A stretch of 30,355 nt of DNA, taken from contig JASFLY010000032.1 in assembly GCA_050117845.1 (NCBI GenBank), positions 1 through 30,355 on the forward strand. Reading direction: 5' to 3'. This document shows, one piece after another, positions 1 through 11,528 of the stretch. Position numbers and translations under genes: made by a program. Under the pieces are notes generated by a model. The model ran no database searches and was not told where the DNA came from. It worked only from the letters and a program-made list of their open reading frames with translations. Within the stretch, counting starts at the first letter, position 1; each line of letters begins with the position of its first letter. This DNA is from Candidatus Zixiibacteriota bacterium (GTDB lineage Bacteria > RBG-13-66-14 > B26-G2 > WVWN01).

Positions 1-579
1 AATCGTCACCGGGATGGTGATTAGCGTGGACGACGTGTGGGCCCCCAGGGCCAGGCCGCCGACGAAGGCCGCCAGGTATCCCCATCGGGGGTCCTTCGAG
101 CGGACGAAGTTGAAGGCGGCGTAGAGTACGGTCGCCAGCATTAGCGCGTTCAAAGCGTAGGCCTCGGCGATGATGGCCTGGCTCCAGAAGGTGCGGCTGA
201 AGGCGAAGGCGAGGGCGGCCGCGGCCGCGGAGGCCGCCGCGGCGACGCGTTTGCCGGGGGCCATGTCGAGGAAAATTCCCCGCAGGAGGAAGAAGAGCAT
301 GACGCAACAGGCGGTAGCGGCGCCGGCGGAGGCGAGGTTGACGCGCCAGGCCATGCTCCCGAAGGGGACGAGCGTGAAAGCCTGCCCCACGAGGGAGGCC
401 AGCGGGTAGCCGGAGGGGTGGGAGATGCCGAGTTTGGCGGCGGCGGTGATAATCTGCCCCGAGTCGTCGAAGGTGATGGAGGGCGGCAGCGTTATCAGAT
501 AGACGACCAGCGGCGCCAGCCCCGCCAGCACGCCCATCGCGACTTCCAGTATCCGCTCTCTTTTAACGTTTTCGGTCAC
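1..579 (-). CDS. DUF2723 / TMEM260-like (GT117) membrane glycosyltransferase, 5' part (runs off window start; not in ORF track)
   Basis: Manual translation from GTG at 579: MTENVKRERILEVAMGVLAGLAPLVVYLITLPPSITFDDSGQIITAAAKLGISHPSGYPLASLVGQAFTLVPFGSMAWRVNLAS...FWSQAIIAEAYALN. It is open to position 1 and colinear with the neighbouring paralog. Confidence 0.85.
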   Translation of the reverse strand, partial: MTENVKRERILEVAMGVLAGLAPLVVYLITLPPSITFDDSGQIITAAAKLGISHPSGYPLASLVGQAFTLVPFGSMAWRVNLASAGAATACCVMLFFLLRGIFLDMAPGKRVAAAASAAAAALAFAFSRTFWSQAIIAEAYALNALMLATVLYAAFNFVRSKDPRWGYLAAFVGGLALGAHTSSTLITIPVTI

Positions 580-592
580 GTCGGTTATAGTC

Positions 593-2677
593 CTATCGCC
601 CTTTCCGGGCGCGTTTTATCTTATCCCGTCGCTGCTCGAGCAGCCACTCCGGTTGATCGGGGACCGCCAGGCGGGAGCGTTCGTACGCGGCCTCGGCCTC
701 GTCCACGTCCCCGGCCGCCAGGTGCGCGTCTCCCTCGGCCGCCAACAGGCGCCCGTAGTGGAAGCGGAAATACCCGTCCCCCCGGCCGTGCCGCGGGACC
801 GCGTCCGCCGCGCGGGCGAAGAGCCGTGCGGCCTTCGTCGGTTCGCCGTTGTCCAGATATACCCCGGCCATTACGGAAAGCGGTTCGAAGAGGCCGTCGG
901 CAGTCGGGCCCAGCGCCTCGAGGATCGCGAAGGCGCTATCCCGGTCGCCCGCCGCTATGTACTGCAAGGCTTCCTTGATGCGGAAAATGCATATCGTCTG
1001 GCGCAGCCATTGGTCGTCCCGGTAGCGGCCGCGGCCGGGCCGGGCCTCCGCGTCGGCGTATCCCCGGGTGACGTAACGCCCCCATAACGGGGGGACGTCG
1101 GGAGTTCCCGCCGCGCCCGGGTCGAAGGCCACGCGGTAGAGAAGGCCCGTCTGCAGCAGTCCGTAGCCCCGGGCGATGACGCTTCCTCGGGAAGCATTAT
1201 AATAAATCCCGCGCCCGACCGAAAGGGGTAGAAAGGCCGCCTCGAAGCGTTCCTCCGCGGCCTCGATTTGGGGCCCCGGCGGCAGCGTGGCCAGTTCCCG
1301 GGCCAGCGAATCGTATCCCGGCAGGAGGCCCACCACCGGCGTTACGAATTCGGCGTCGGGCCGGGCGCCCTCGGCCGCTAGGAAGTAGGCCATCTCGAAG
1401 TTCCCGAAGTCGGCCTCGAAGCGGAAGCCGATACCGCGGTATTCCAGCGTACGCAACAGGTTCGCGCCGTAGTCGTGGCCGAAGTAGTAATCGCCGTGGT
1501 CGTTTACGTCGAAATTCGCGGCGAGCGGGACCGCGGCCACGGCGAGGGCCGCCGCGCCGGCCAGCGCGGTCGTCCACTTGCGTCCCGGCGTGAAGAGGGC
1601 GAACAGGCCGGCTCCGGCGAGGGCCGCCACCACCATGCAATACGGCAGGAACCAGACGGTTATCTCGGTGGCCTGGTCCGCCCGCAGGGTGAGGACCAAA
1701 AAGAAGGCCGCCGCGGGGCCGGTTACCGCCGCCAGCACGACGAGGATTCCCCGGCCGGCCTTCCGCCGCCATAGGACCCACGCCAGGCCGAAGAGCGCCG
1801 CCACCGCCGCCACGGGCCCCATTTCCCCGAAGGGAAGGCGGAACATGTCGAGAAGGTGGCCGGGCAAGGCGTGCAACCGGGCCGGTACGACGTCGCTCAT
1901 CCCCCGGCGCGATATGTGCGCGAAGGCCGCGTCCAGCGTCGACGTGTCCGCCCAGTTCATCGCCGGCGCCTGGGCCGCGCGCAGCGGTAGATATAAATGT
2001 ATAAAGAAGCCGAGGAGCGCGAACGCGGCCGCCAGCCACAGGCCCCGCCACGATACCCGGCGGCCGGCCGTTATCAGGATAAAAACGGCCGTCGGGGCCG
2101 TGACGAGCAGCGACGAGAAATGGGCCCCCAGCGCCAGGCCGCCGGCCAGCGCCGCGGCGTACGCCCAGCGGGGGTCTTTATCCCGTACGTAGCGCCACCC
2201 GGAGTACAGCACCGCGGCGGAGGCGAGGGCGGCCACGGCGTAGACCTCCGTGATGACGGCCTGGCTCCAGGCCGTCCGGCCGAAGGCGAAGGCCAGGGCC
2301 GCGGCCGCCGCGCTCACGGCCGCCCGGGCCGGCATCTCCGGCCGCCAGCTCACGAACAACTCTCGCAGTATCAAGAAGAGGATGAAGGCGGCCCCGGTGG
2401 CGGCGAAGGCCGAGGCCAGGTTGACCTTCCAGGCCGCCCCGGCCGCCGGCGCGAGCGTGAAGAGCTGGCCGAGGAGCATGGCCAGCGGGTAACCCGAGGG
2501 GTGGCCCACGCCGAGGGTGGCCGCCGCGGCGGCGAGTTCACCCGAGTCGCCGAGCGCGATGGAGGGGGCGAGCGTGGCGATATAAACGATAAACGGCGCG
2601 CCGAAGGCCAACGCGCCGCACGTTATTTCGATGCAGGTTGTTTTTAAGCGCCCCGTTTTCGACTCCCGAAGCGTCAA
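593..2677 (-). CDS. DUF2723 / TMEM260-like (GT117) membrane glycosyltransferase with C-terminal TPR-like helices
   Basis: Motifs TLAPSI-x-x-GDSGEL, LGVGHPSGYP, WSQAVITEVY and YLPLRA; many TM segments; helical repeats at the C-terminus. Confidence 0.85.
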   Translation of the reverse strand: MTLRESKTGRLKTTCIEITCGALAFGAPFIVYIATLAPSIALGDSGELAAAAATLGVGHPSGYPLAMLLGQLFTLAPAAGAAWKVNLASAFAATGAAFILFLILRELFVSWRPEMPARAAVSAAAAALAFAFGRTAWSQAVITEVYAVAALASAAVLYSGWRYVRDKDPRWAYAAALAGGLALGAHFSSLLVTAPTAVFILITAGRRVSWRGLWLAAAFALLGFFIHLYLPLRAAQAPAMNWADTSTLDAAFAHISRRGMSDVVPARLHALPGHLLDMFRLPFGEMGPVAAVAALFGLAWVLWRRKAGRGILVVLAAVTGPAAAFFLVLTLRADQATEITVWFLPYCMVVAALAGAGLFALFTPGRKWTTALAGAAALAVAAVPLAANFDVNDHGDYYFGHDYGANLLRTLEYRGIGFRFEADFGNFEMAYFLAAEGARPDAEFVTPVVGLLPGYDSLARELATLPPGPQIEAAEERFEAAFLPLSVGRGIYYNASRGSVIARGYGLLQTGLLYRVAFDPGAAGTPDVPPLWGRYVTRGYADAEARPGRGRYRDDQWLRQTICIFRIKEALQYIAAGDRDSAFAILEALGPTADGLFEPLSVMAGVYLDNGEPTKAARLFARAADAVPRHGRGDGYFRFHYGRLLAAEGDAHLAAGDVDEAEAAYERSRLAVPDQPEWLLEQRRDKIKRARKGR

Positions 2678-3663
2678 GGTTTGGCCCGGCCGGATTCGAT
2701 TAACCGCGCGGCCCCCGCCGCCGTCGGTTCCAGCCCTTTGAAGAAGGAGACCACGTACGCCCGGCCGCGGACCTCGAAAAAGAGCCGGTCGACCATGGCG
2801 TCGGCGTCGGCGAACGCGTTCTCGAGTTCTTTATAGTAATACGTGGCTACCTTGCGCAAGAGGCCCCGTTTGGCGTAGACCGCCATCCGGTCCGGCCACA
2901 TGACGATATGGCCGAAGCGCCGCCGGCCGTTGTCGCCGATGAGGACGCGGGCCTTGCTTACGGGGTCGTCCTTGAGCGCCAGGTCGAGGAGCGGCGCCGG
3001 GAGCTTGACCTCGGGCGCCCGCGGCCGCCAGTGGGGTTGTATCCATCGCCGGAAGCGGCCCCACAAGTACTTCACGTAATTGAGCGTAATCGCCCCGGTG
3101 ATGCGGGCCGCGCGCAGGAGGCGCGGGCCGAACACGGCCGCCAGCACCAGGATGACGACCACGAGGACGCCCAGGATTATGGGGTAGAAGGCGGCGAGGA
3201 TGGAGCCGATTATTACAAGGATGTCCTCGGCCACGCTGATGGAGGCGTTGGCCGCGGTGGCCGTGGCCTTGGTCGAGGCCGCCCGGGTCGTCGCCTTGGC
3301 CGAGTGCGCCATGAAGGCGATGCTGCCGGCCACGAGGACCGCGATGACCTGCCACGTCAAACTCTGGCCCTGCGTCAGGATGGCGATGACGACCATCGCG
3401 CCGGGGGTCCGGATGAACGTGTGGATGGCGTCCCAGACGTGGTCCACCGCCGGGATCTTGTCCGCCACTATCTCGATAATAAGGAGAACGCCGGAGACGA
3501 TGAGCACTGGCCAGCTCGCCAGCACCTCGAACTCCGGCCCCAGGACCGCGGCGCCCGTGATCTTTTTAATCAAGCCCAGCGCGAAGACCGTGACGTAGAG
3601 GTTGAGGCCGGCGAGGAAGGGGATGCCGAGCGTGCGGGCCGCGAGTATTATGGCTGGAGGCAT
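2674..3663 (-). CDS. DUF4126 family membrane protein with soluble C-terminal extension
   Basis: AGLNLY, EIVADKIPAVDHVWDAIHTFIR, AHSAKATTR and SVAED motifs. Overlaps the downstream gene by 4 nt. Confidence 0.8.
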   Translation of the reverse strand: MPPAIILAARTLGIPFLAGLNLYVTVFALGLIKKITGAAVLGPEFEVLASWPVLIVSGVLLIIEIVADKIPAVDHVWDAIHTFIRTPGAMVVIAILTQGQSLTWQVIAVLVAGSIAFMAHSAKATTRAASTKATATAANASISVAEDILVIIGSILAAFYPIILGVLVVVILVLAAVFGPRLLRAARITGAITLNYVKYLWGRFRRWIQPHWRPRAPEVKLPAPLLDLALKDDPVSKARVLIGDNGRRRFGHIVMWPDRMAVYAKRGLLRKVATYYYKELENAFADADAMVDRLFFEVRGRAYVVSFFKGLEPTAAGAARLIESGRAKP

Positions 3664-3681
3664 GACGTACCCCCCTTGTTG

Positions 3682-5175
<1,494 letters not shown>

Positions 5176-5197
5176 GGTCGTCTCCCTTTTAGCCTTG

Positions 5198-5227
5198 AAT
5201 ATACCATAAATGCGGGACGCGTAGCAA
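5198..5227 (-). promoter_or_regulatory. Putative sigma70 promoter for the guaB operon
   Basis: On the minus strand: TTGCTA-18 nt-TATATT with a TGn extension, then a GGGAG SD before the guaB ATG. Confidence 0.5.
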
Positions 5228-5387
5228 GAGGAAGGGGGTCGGCGATTACAGTTGCGGAAACCTTAACCTTTTGTTAGTTTTAACCGATTTGTATATTTAT
5301 TAGGAATAACTCTAACATGCAGTTTTAGCAAGGTAATATATTTTTGTCGGTCCCAGGACGAAAACCCAATGAGATAAGGGATTAACG

Positions 5388-6425
5388 ATGAGTACGACGG
5401 GCGAAATAATTAGGAAAATGGTACTCGCGTTTACAAAAGGCGACGCCGCCGCTTTTCGGAGGGCGGCGGAAGATTTTGTAACTGAAGAGAAAAGGAAAAA
5501 GCATCACATACTAGCAAAGGAAATCGAGCGGATTCTAAATAATAATTCCAGAACGGACGCTATTATTAAAAAAGAGTTCACAGAATTGGGGGGATATTCG
5601 TCAGAATTACCAAGAGATAAAGAAAGAGGGATCATATTAGTAGAGGTAATCGAACCTCGAAAGGATTTCGATGATCTAATATTAAGTGAAGAAGTCTATA
5701 ACATACTTTTAGGCGTAATTACTGAAAACCGGTATGGGGATTTATTACGAACGTACGGTCTTAAACCGGCGAACAGGATATTATTTTGCGGGCCACCGGG
5801 ATGCGGGAAAACCGTAACGACCGAAGTTGTCGCTACTACTTTGCGATTACCAATGGTATTAGTTAGGTTCGATGCCGTCGTATCGTCTTACCTGGGTGAG
5901 ACTGCCGCGAATTTGCGGAAGGTTTTTGATTTCGCATATACAAGACCCATGGTCTTGCTTTTCGACGAGTTCGATGCAATAGGTAAACACCGATCAGCCG
6001 AGGACGAACATGGGGAACTTAAAAGAGTCGTGAATTCGTTTTTACAAATGTTGGATAATTTCCGGGGAGACGCGATTATCGTCGCGGCAACTAACCACCA
6101 AGGTTTGTTAGACCCTGCTTTATGGCGGAGATTCGACGATATACTTTTCTTTAATAAACCGAGTTGGAAAGAAATATATCGCGTTTTTATTGCGAATTTT
6201 AGGCAAATAGGTATTTCTCCGAATATTGATTTAGAGCCAATAGCGAAAAAGCTTATTGGGGCATCTCATGCGGATATCGAACGTATCGCGATAGACGCGA
6301 TTAAAAGTACAGTCCTAGAACAAGACGACCGTATTAACGAACACGTTCTTGAGGTTGCTATAGAGAGGTATTTCTCTAGGGCGAGAATCACAACGGAATA
6401 CTCACGTAGGTCTGATAAAGGATAA
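5388..6425 (+). CDS. AAA+ ATPase, IetA-like partner of S8 protease
   Basis: Walker A GPPGCGKT, Walker B LLFDEFD, GELKRVVNSFLQ and SRH AATNH...LDPALWRRFD. AT-richer than the flanks and directly upstream of a subtilase. Confidence 0.88.
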   Translation: MSTTGEIIRKMVLAFTKGDAAAFRRAAEDFVTEEKRKKHHILAKEIERILNNNSRTDAIIKKEFTELGGYSSELPRDKERGIILVEVIEPRKDFDDLILSEEVYNILLGVITENRYGDLLRTYGLKPANRILFCGPPGCGKTVTTEVVATTLRLPMVLVRFDAVVSSYLGETAANLRKVFDFAYTRPMVLLFDEFDAIGKHRSAEDEHGELKRVVNSFLQMLDNFRGDAIIVAATNHQGLLDPALWRRFDDILFFNKPSWKEIYRVFIANFRQIGISPNIDLEPIAKKLIGASHADIERIAIDAIKSTVLEQDDRINEHVLEVAIERYFSRARITTEYSRRSDKG

Positions 6426-6464
6426 TGACCTTTTAATAACGGGAAATATAGGGGTGAGGACGGA

Positions 6465-8960
6465 ATGCCGGATTTTAGGGATGGTAATAAATATAGTCAC
6501 CTTCGATTAATAAGGGAAGAGCATAGCGGATTAAGGCGTACTAGGGCGGCGCAGCCCGGGCCCCGCCCCGATAGGGGTGGTAGGGAAACTTTCGCGCCTG
6601 TTCTAATCGAAACCGCGGAAAACCTAATTGAATCGAGGACAAGCGAACCCCCTCCTGTCGCCGGTATTGACCCCCATTTAGTTATTAGGATACCAATCGC
6701 CGAGAATCGGAACCCGGAGGCTATTTATAGACTTCTGGATGAAGTCGGTTTAACTATTGTTAGTATAGGGCCGGATAGGGCAGTCGTAGTTTTCCGTGAC
6801 GAAGTAGAATTAAACGAATTCGTCGGAGCTGTCGAAACCTACAAAAAGGGCCCGAGAATAAAACCCCGTACGGGAGAGAAATATAAATCAACGAAATACG
6901 ACATTTTAGAATTCATCGAACCAGAGGGAATAAAGTTATGGGGGAGGGAAGACCGTATCGGCGAACGGCTTGCGGAACGCATTGGCGCGGATGCGAGTGG
7001 TATAGATTTTGACGATTTATATACCGTCGATTTAGAATTATGGCATCCAGGGTCAACGGAAAGGGCGGTTAACGCGCTAAGAGAAGTCGAGTTAATAATA
7101 AACTATGAAAAAGAAGAAGGAGAACTTGTTTTAGATTCTTTTACAGGCCAGTCGATAATCTTCGCTAAGGTTTCGGTTCGGGGTTCGAAACTATCGCACT
7201 TGCTGGATACGGATGCCGTAGCGGAAATTGACCTACCGCCCATCCCTGTTTTTTACCCGTTCGAAGCTAGTCTGGAAACGCCTCGCGATTTCCCAACGCC
7301 GCCATCTCCCCCAGAAGACGGTCCGAAGGTTTGTATTATCGACAGCGGGATTATTGCTAACCACCCGTTGTTAAGTGCGAATGTAGGACACGAAGAAGCG
7401 ATACTAACGCGTACGGTATCGCCCGCCGACGCTAACGGCCACGGGACGATGGTTGCCGGATTAGCCGTTTTTGGGGATGTCCGTAGGTGTTACGAAAAAC
7501 GCGATTTTTCTTCGACCGTAACCCTTTTTAGCGCGCGGGTTTTAAATGAACGGGGTAGATTCGACGAACGACGTTTAATAATAAACCAAATGAGAGAAGC
7601 GATTATCACTTTTAAATCCGCGCCATATAATTGTAGGGTTTTTAACATTTCAATAGGTAGTAGGGTTCCTGCTTTCGACGGGACAAGGCCAAAACAGACC
7701 ATATGGGCCGAAGCGTTGGATAACATAGCCCGCGAGGAGAAAGTCGTAATCGTCGTATCGTCAGGCAATAAAGAACTTGTCAATACCGGTACGACGGAGG
7801 AAGCCGAGGCGATATTAACTGGCTATCCGGATTATTTATTGGAACCCGAAGCTAAAGTAAACGACCCAGCTACTGCCGCGATACCTATCACCGTTGGCGG
7901 GGTTGCGCAACATAGTATTCCGGGTCGACGTATTGGAGCCGTAGTCGAAGATAACCTTCGCCCAATAGCGAAAGTTAACGAACCCTCCCCTATTACCAGG
8001 GCCGGCCCCGGTTTAAACGGAGCCATTAAACCTGAATTGGTTGATTATTCTGGTAATGTAGTCTTCGGCGGAACTGGTGAAGAACGTACGTTAGGGATTG
8101 AAGCTGGTACGAGCGTTATGTCGTTTAATAGAGATTTCGTTCGGACGTTATTCAATTACCAAATCGGTACTAGTTTCGCCGCCCCACGCGTAGCAAGGGT
8201 CGCAGCGCTAATCCACGATAGCTTAAAAAAGGAATTAGGTCGCGAACCCGATCCTAACTTAATACGGGCTTTAGTCGCAAGTTCCGCCGTCGTTCCTAGC
8301 GAAGCTACGAGTAGGCTTGTCGGGATCGATCAAGGGCACGCCGTAATTAAAGTATGCGGTTATGGTTTGTGTAATGAGGAATTGGCCTTGTATTCGTTTG
8401 ACGATGCCGTAACGCTTATCGCCGAAGGGGAAATACGTCTCGATAATTTCCATATTTATGGAATCCCGATACCTGATTGTTTCCGTTCTGCGGGCGGCCT
8501 TCGGGAAATTTCGGTGTCCCTTGCGTACGATCCTCCTGTCCGCCGTAGAAGGTACGATTACCTTGGCGTACTGATGAACATCGACCTTTATCGAGGTAGA
8601 AGCCTTGACGAAGTCTTCGACGCTGTTAGGAGATCACAACAAAGCGGGTCCGCAAGACCGGCGATCGAACCTCCGTATAAAATCCGTTTAAACCCTTCCG
8701 GTTCAAGTCGTGGTGGTTATTCAAGGAAAAAGAGTACTTTACAACGTGGCGTTTTTAAAATGGCAAGGAGGGAGTCGCGGGACTACGGTTCAGAATATTG
8801 GTTGGTAGTCCGTTCAGAACGGAAATGGGCTCCTTCGGAAATCGAGTCACAGAATTACGCAGTAGTCGTAAAATTAACTGCTGATACGGGGGAATTATAT
8901 AATGAAATCCACCTAGCTTTACAGGTGAAAGAACGCGCCCGCGCTCGAGTACGGCGTTAA
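6465..8960 (+). CDS. S8 subtilisin-like serine protease, IetS/Y4bN-like, no signal peptide
   Basis: Catalytic triad motifs IIDSG, HGTMVAG and GTSFAAP; oxyanion SSGN; IKPELV; VSLAYDPPVR; Arg-rich C-terminus. Confidence 0.88.
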   Translation: MPDFRDGNKYSHLRLIREEHSGLRRTRAAQPGPRPDRGGRETFAPVLIETAENLIESRTSEPPPVAGIDPHLVIRIPIAENRNPEAIYRLLDEVGLTIVSIGPDRAVVVFRDEVELNEFVGAVETYKKGPRIKPRTGEKYKSTKYDILEFIEPEGIKLWGREDRIGERLAERIGADASGIDFDDLYTVDLELWHPGSTERAVNALREVELIINYEKEEGELVLDSFTGQSIIFAKVSVRGSKLSHLLDTDAVAEIDLPPIPVFYPFEASLETPRDFPTPPSPPEDGPKVCIIDSGIIANHPLLSANVGHEEAILTRTVSPADANGHGTMVAGLAVFGDVRRCYEKRDFSSTVTLFSARVLNERGRFDERRLIINQMREAIITFKSAPYNCRVFNISIGSRVPAFDGTRPKQTIWAEALDNIAREEKVVIVVSSGNKELVNTGTTEEAEAILTGYPDYLLEPEAKVNDPATAAIPITVGGVAQHSIPGRRIGAVVEDNLRPIAKVNEPSPITRAGPGLNGAIKPELVDYSGNVVFGGTGEERTLGIEAGTSVMSFNRDFVRTLFNYQIGTSFAAPRVARVAALIHDSLKKELGREPDPNLIRALVASSAVVPSEATSRLVGIDQGHAVIKVCGYGLCNEELALYSFDDAVTLIAEGEIRLDNFHIYGIPIPDCFRSAGGLREISVSLAYDPPVRRRRYDYLGVLMNIDLYRGRSLDEVFDAVRRSQQSGSARPAIEPPYKIRLNPSGSSRGGYSRKKSTLQRGVFKMARRESRDYGSEYWLVVRSERKWAPSEIESQNYAVVVKLTADTGELYNEIHLALQVKERARARVRR

Positions 8961-9159
8961 AATAAAGCTAAGAATCAGTTTTACTCGTATAGGAATTGGA
9001 TTAGGAATAGTGAGAAAACCCCCCGTAATACGAGAAAAAGCGAAACGGCCGTCGCGGGGCGCTTACTAATACTAGGGGCGACGGAAAGCGGCGTAAAGGC
9101 GGGCCGGCCGGGGCCCCGGAAACGAGGGAGAAACAGCGTTAAAACGCGATAATTTTTAC

Positions 9160-9188
9160 TTGACATAAAACGGTCGCTCTGCCATAAT
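9160..9188 (+). promoter_or_regulatory. sigma70 promoter
   Basis: TTGACA-17 nt-CATAAT with TGn extended -10. Confidence 0.7.
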
Positions 9189-9210
9189 CGTTGTGGAGTG
9201 GTGTAGTGCA

Positions 9211-9873
9211 GTGAAAGTAGCGACCTTAGTAATCCTGACTCTCTCTTTCGTCGCCGCCGGCTGGGCCGGCGACCCGTCGGAGCGTATATTCTTATCCGAG
9301 GTGCACTACTCCCCCGACGGAGATTCTCCTCCCCCCTTCATCGAACTCTATAACGGCTCCAAGACCAACGTCAAACTCGGCGGGTGGAGCGTCAAGATAT
9401 CGGCCAAGACCGGCGAGAGCACCGCGAGGCTCCCCAACGACGCCGTTATCCCGAGTTGCGGTTTCTACCTCATCGGCAATTCCGACGACCGGGCGCAATG
9501 GGAAAAACGCACGTTCAAACCCGACTACTATTGCAAACTCCCCCTGGATTTCAGCACCGCGGGAGGCGGCGTTAAGCTGCTGCTTCCGAGCGGGGCCGTG
9601 CGGGACGTCGTCGGGTGGGGACGGGGCGCGCCGTTCGGCTTCTACGAGGGGACGCCCCACCAGACCGTGGACGACGGCCACAGCCTGGAGCGCAAGTCCA
9701 GCCCGACCCACAGCGAGGTCAACGGCAACTCGTACGACCGGGACGACAACTCGGGCGACCTCCGCGAGCGTTCGACGCCGCAGCCGCAAAATATCAACAG
9801 CCCCCGCGAGTATCCCCCGGCCGTCACCGGGAACGAATCGTGGAGCCGCATTAAAGCCATGTACGCCGGTTAA
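9211..9873 (+). CDS. Secreted lamin-tail-domain protein with C-terminal SWSRIKAMY motif
   Basis: GTG at 9211 gives the signal peptide [23 protein letters not shown]-type motifs: [32 protein letters not shown]. Confidence 0.75.
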   Translation: MKVATLVILTLSFVAAGWAGDPSERIFLSEVHYSPDGDSPPPFIELYNGSKTNVKLGGWSVKISAKTGESTARLPNDAVIPSCGFYLIGNSDDRAQWEKRTFKPDYYCKLPLDFSTAGGGVKLLLPSGAVRDVVGWGRGAPFGFYEGTPHQTVDDGHSLERKSSPTHSEVNGNSYDRDDNSGDLRERSTPQPQNINSPREYPPAVTGNESWSRIKAMYAG

Positions 9874-9897
9874 TCGGGCCTCGCCGCCCGGCGGTGG

Positions 9898-9932
9898 GGC
9901 ATAGGGCTTCGGAAGTCCTATGCCGTTTTTTT
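9898..9932 (+). terminator. Intrinsic terminator after the LTD gene
   Basis: GGCATAGGGCTT-CGG-AAGTCCTATGCC followed by G and T7. Confidence 0.75.
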
Positions 9933-9965
9933 ATTTATTTTCGGGACCCTATCGGGATGGTACCT

Positions 9966-11198
9966 ATGACGACGAAGACCGACGCCAAGACCCAGGCCGA
10001 AGTGGAACGCCAACTCGCGCTCATCCGGGAGGGGGCGCTCGAGGTCGTGACCGAAGAGGACATGGCGGCCAAGGTACGCGCTTCCCTCGCTTCGGGCCGG
10101 CCGCTCAAAATCAAGCTCGGCCTCGACCCCACGGCGCCCGACATCCACCTGGGCCATACCGTGGTCCTGAATAAACTCCGCGACTTCCAGGACCTGGGCC
10201 ACGAGGTCGTCTTCCTCGTGGGGGACTTCACCTGCAGCATCGGCGACCCGTCGGGCCGGTCCAAGACCCGGCCCATCCTCTCGATGGAACAGATCCGGGC
10301 CAACGCCGAGACCTACTGCGACCAGGCCTTCAAGATACTAGACCCGGAAAAAACGACCGTCGACTACAACTCGCGGTGGCTGTCGCCGATGACCTTCGCG
10401 GACGTCATACGCCTCGCCGCGAAGTACACCGTGGCCCGGATGATCGAGCGCGACGACTTCTCGAAGCGCCTCAACGAGAACCTGCCCATCAGCCTCCACG
10501 AGCTGTTTTACCCGTTGGCCCAGGGGTACGACTCGGTGGCGCTCGAGGCCGACGTCGAGCTGGGCGGCTCCGACCAGAAGTTCAACCTGATGGTGGCCCG
10601 CGACATCCAGCGCGAGTTCGACCAGGAGCCGGAAGTGGCCGTAATAATGCCGCTCCTCGTCGGGACCGACGGTACACAGAAGATGTCGAAGTCGCTAGGC
10701 AACTACGTCGGCGTGACCGACGCGCCGGAGGAAATCTACGGCAAGCTGATGTCGGTCTCGGACGAACTCATGTTCGACTATCTCGAAATACTCCGCCTCG
10801 AGTCGGCCGGCGAGGTCAAACAAATACGCGCGGACGTAGCGGCCGGGAAGGCCCACCCCAAAGAGGTCAAGATGGCGATGGCCCGCCGCGTCGTCGAGCT
10901 GTACCACGACGCCGGCGCGGCCCGGGCGGCCGAGGAGCATTTCGAACGGGTCCACCGGGAGGGCCAGGCCCCGGAGGACATGCCGACCCACACGCCGTCC
11001 GCCAACCCCATCGTCCTGGCTACCCTGCTCGTCGAGGCGGGCCTGGCACCCTCCAAGAGCGAGGCCCGGCGGCTCGTGAGCCAGAACGCCGTGTCGATTA
11101 ACGACGAGAAGGTAGCCGACCCGCAGGCTGAGGTCACGTTCGTCGGCGGCGAGGTAATTAAAGTGGGGAAGCGAAGGTTCGCGCAAATTAAGCTATAA
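9966..11198 (+). CDS. tyrS: Tyrosine--tRNA ligase (type 2) with S4 domain
   Basis: [15 protein letters not shown] (HIGH motif), [30 protein letters not shown] and C-terminal S4 (VGKRRF). The start at 9966 is preferred because 9894 would read through a terminator; 9957 is possible. Confidence 0.97.
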   Translation: MTTKTDAKTQAEVERQLALIREGALEVVTEEDMAAKVRASLASGRPLKIKLGLDPTAPDIHLGHTVVLNKLRDFQDLGHEVVFLVGDFTCSIGDPSGRSKTRPILSMEQIRANAETYCDQAFKILDPEKTTVDYNSRWLSPMTFADVIRLAAKYTVARMIERDDFSKRLNENLPISLHELFYPLAQGYDSVALEADVELGGSDQKFNLMVARDIQREFDQEPEVAVIMPLLVGTDGTQKMSKSLGNYVGVTDAPEEIYGKLMSVSDELMFDYLEILRLESAGEVKQIRADVAAGKAHPKEVKMAMARRVVELYHDAGAARAAEEHFERVHREGQAPEDMPTHTPSANPIVLATLLVEAGLAPSKSEARRLVSQNAVSINDEKVADPQAEVTFVGGEVIKVGKRRFAQIKL

Positions 11199-11219
11199 CA
11201 ATATAGACTCAACCGTAGT

Positions 11220-11285
11220 GGCCGGCCTTGGGGCCGGCCTTTTTTTCTCCCGCGTCGTCAGGTCTTGCCGCCTGACGGCTTTTTT
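11220..11285 (+). terminator. Two tandem hairpins with T-tracts after tyrS
   Basis: GGCCGGCC-TTGG-GGCCGGCC-T7 and GTCGTCAGG-N8-CCTGACGGC-T6. Confidence 0.7.
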
Positions 11286-11528
11286 GTGAACGCCGGGATA
11301 AAAGATACTTGGGGTGCGGACCACTTCCAATTTCCGAGTAAACTATATAATAATCATTGGGTTGTGATATTGATATACGTGGGCGCTAAAAGCCGGTTAA
11401 TGTAAATAAATATACGACATAATATATTTTATGATTGACTTATATTGGTGTTTGATTTAATATGGCGGCGATTTCAAAAAGGGTGCGCACCCAGAGGGTA
11501 AACTTATCACGACGAGGAGGTCCGTACA

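Noticed and set aside
5176..9160. Prophage, IS or att-bounded element around the ATPase-protease pair
   Set aside because: No integrase, transposase, tRNA, terminal inverted repeats or target duplication could be found by eye.
9874..9965. T-box riboswitch upstream of tyrS
   Set aside because: Only ~90 nt are available with no stem I, and the GGGATGGTACC resemblance lies downstream of the terminator. The hairpin is better explained as the LTD gene terminator.
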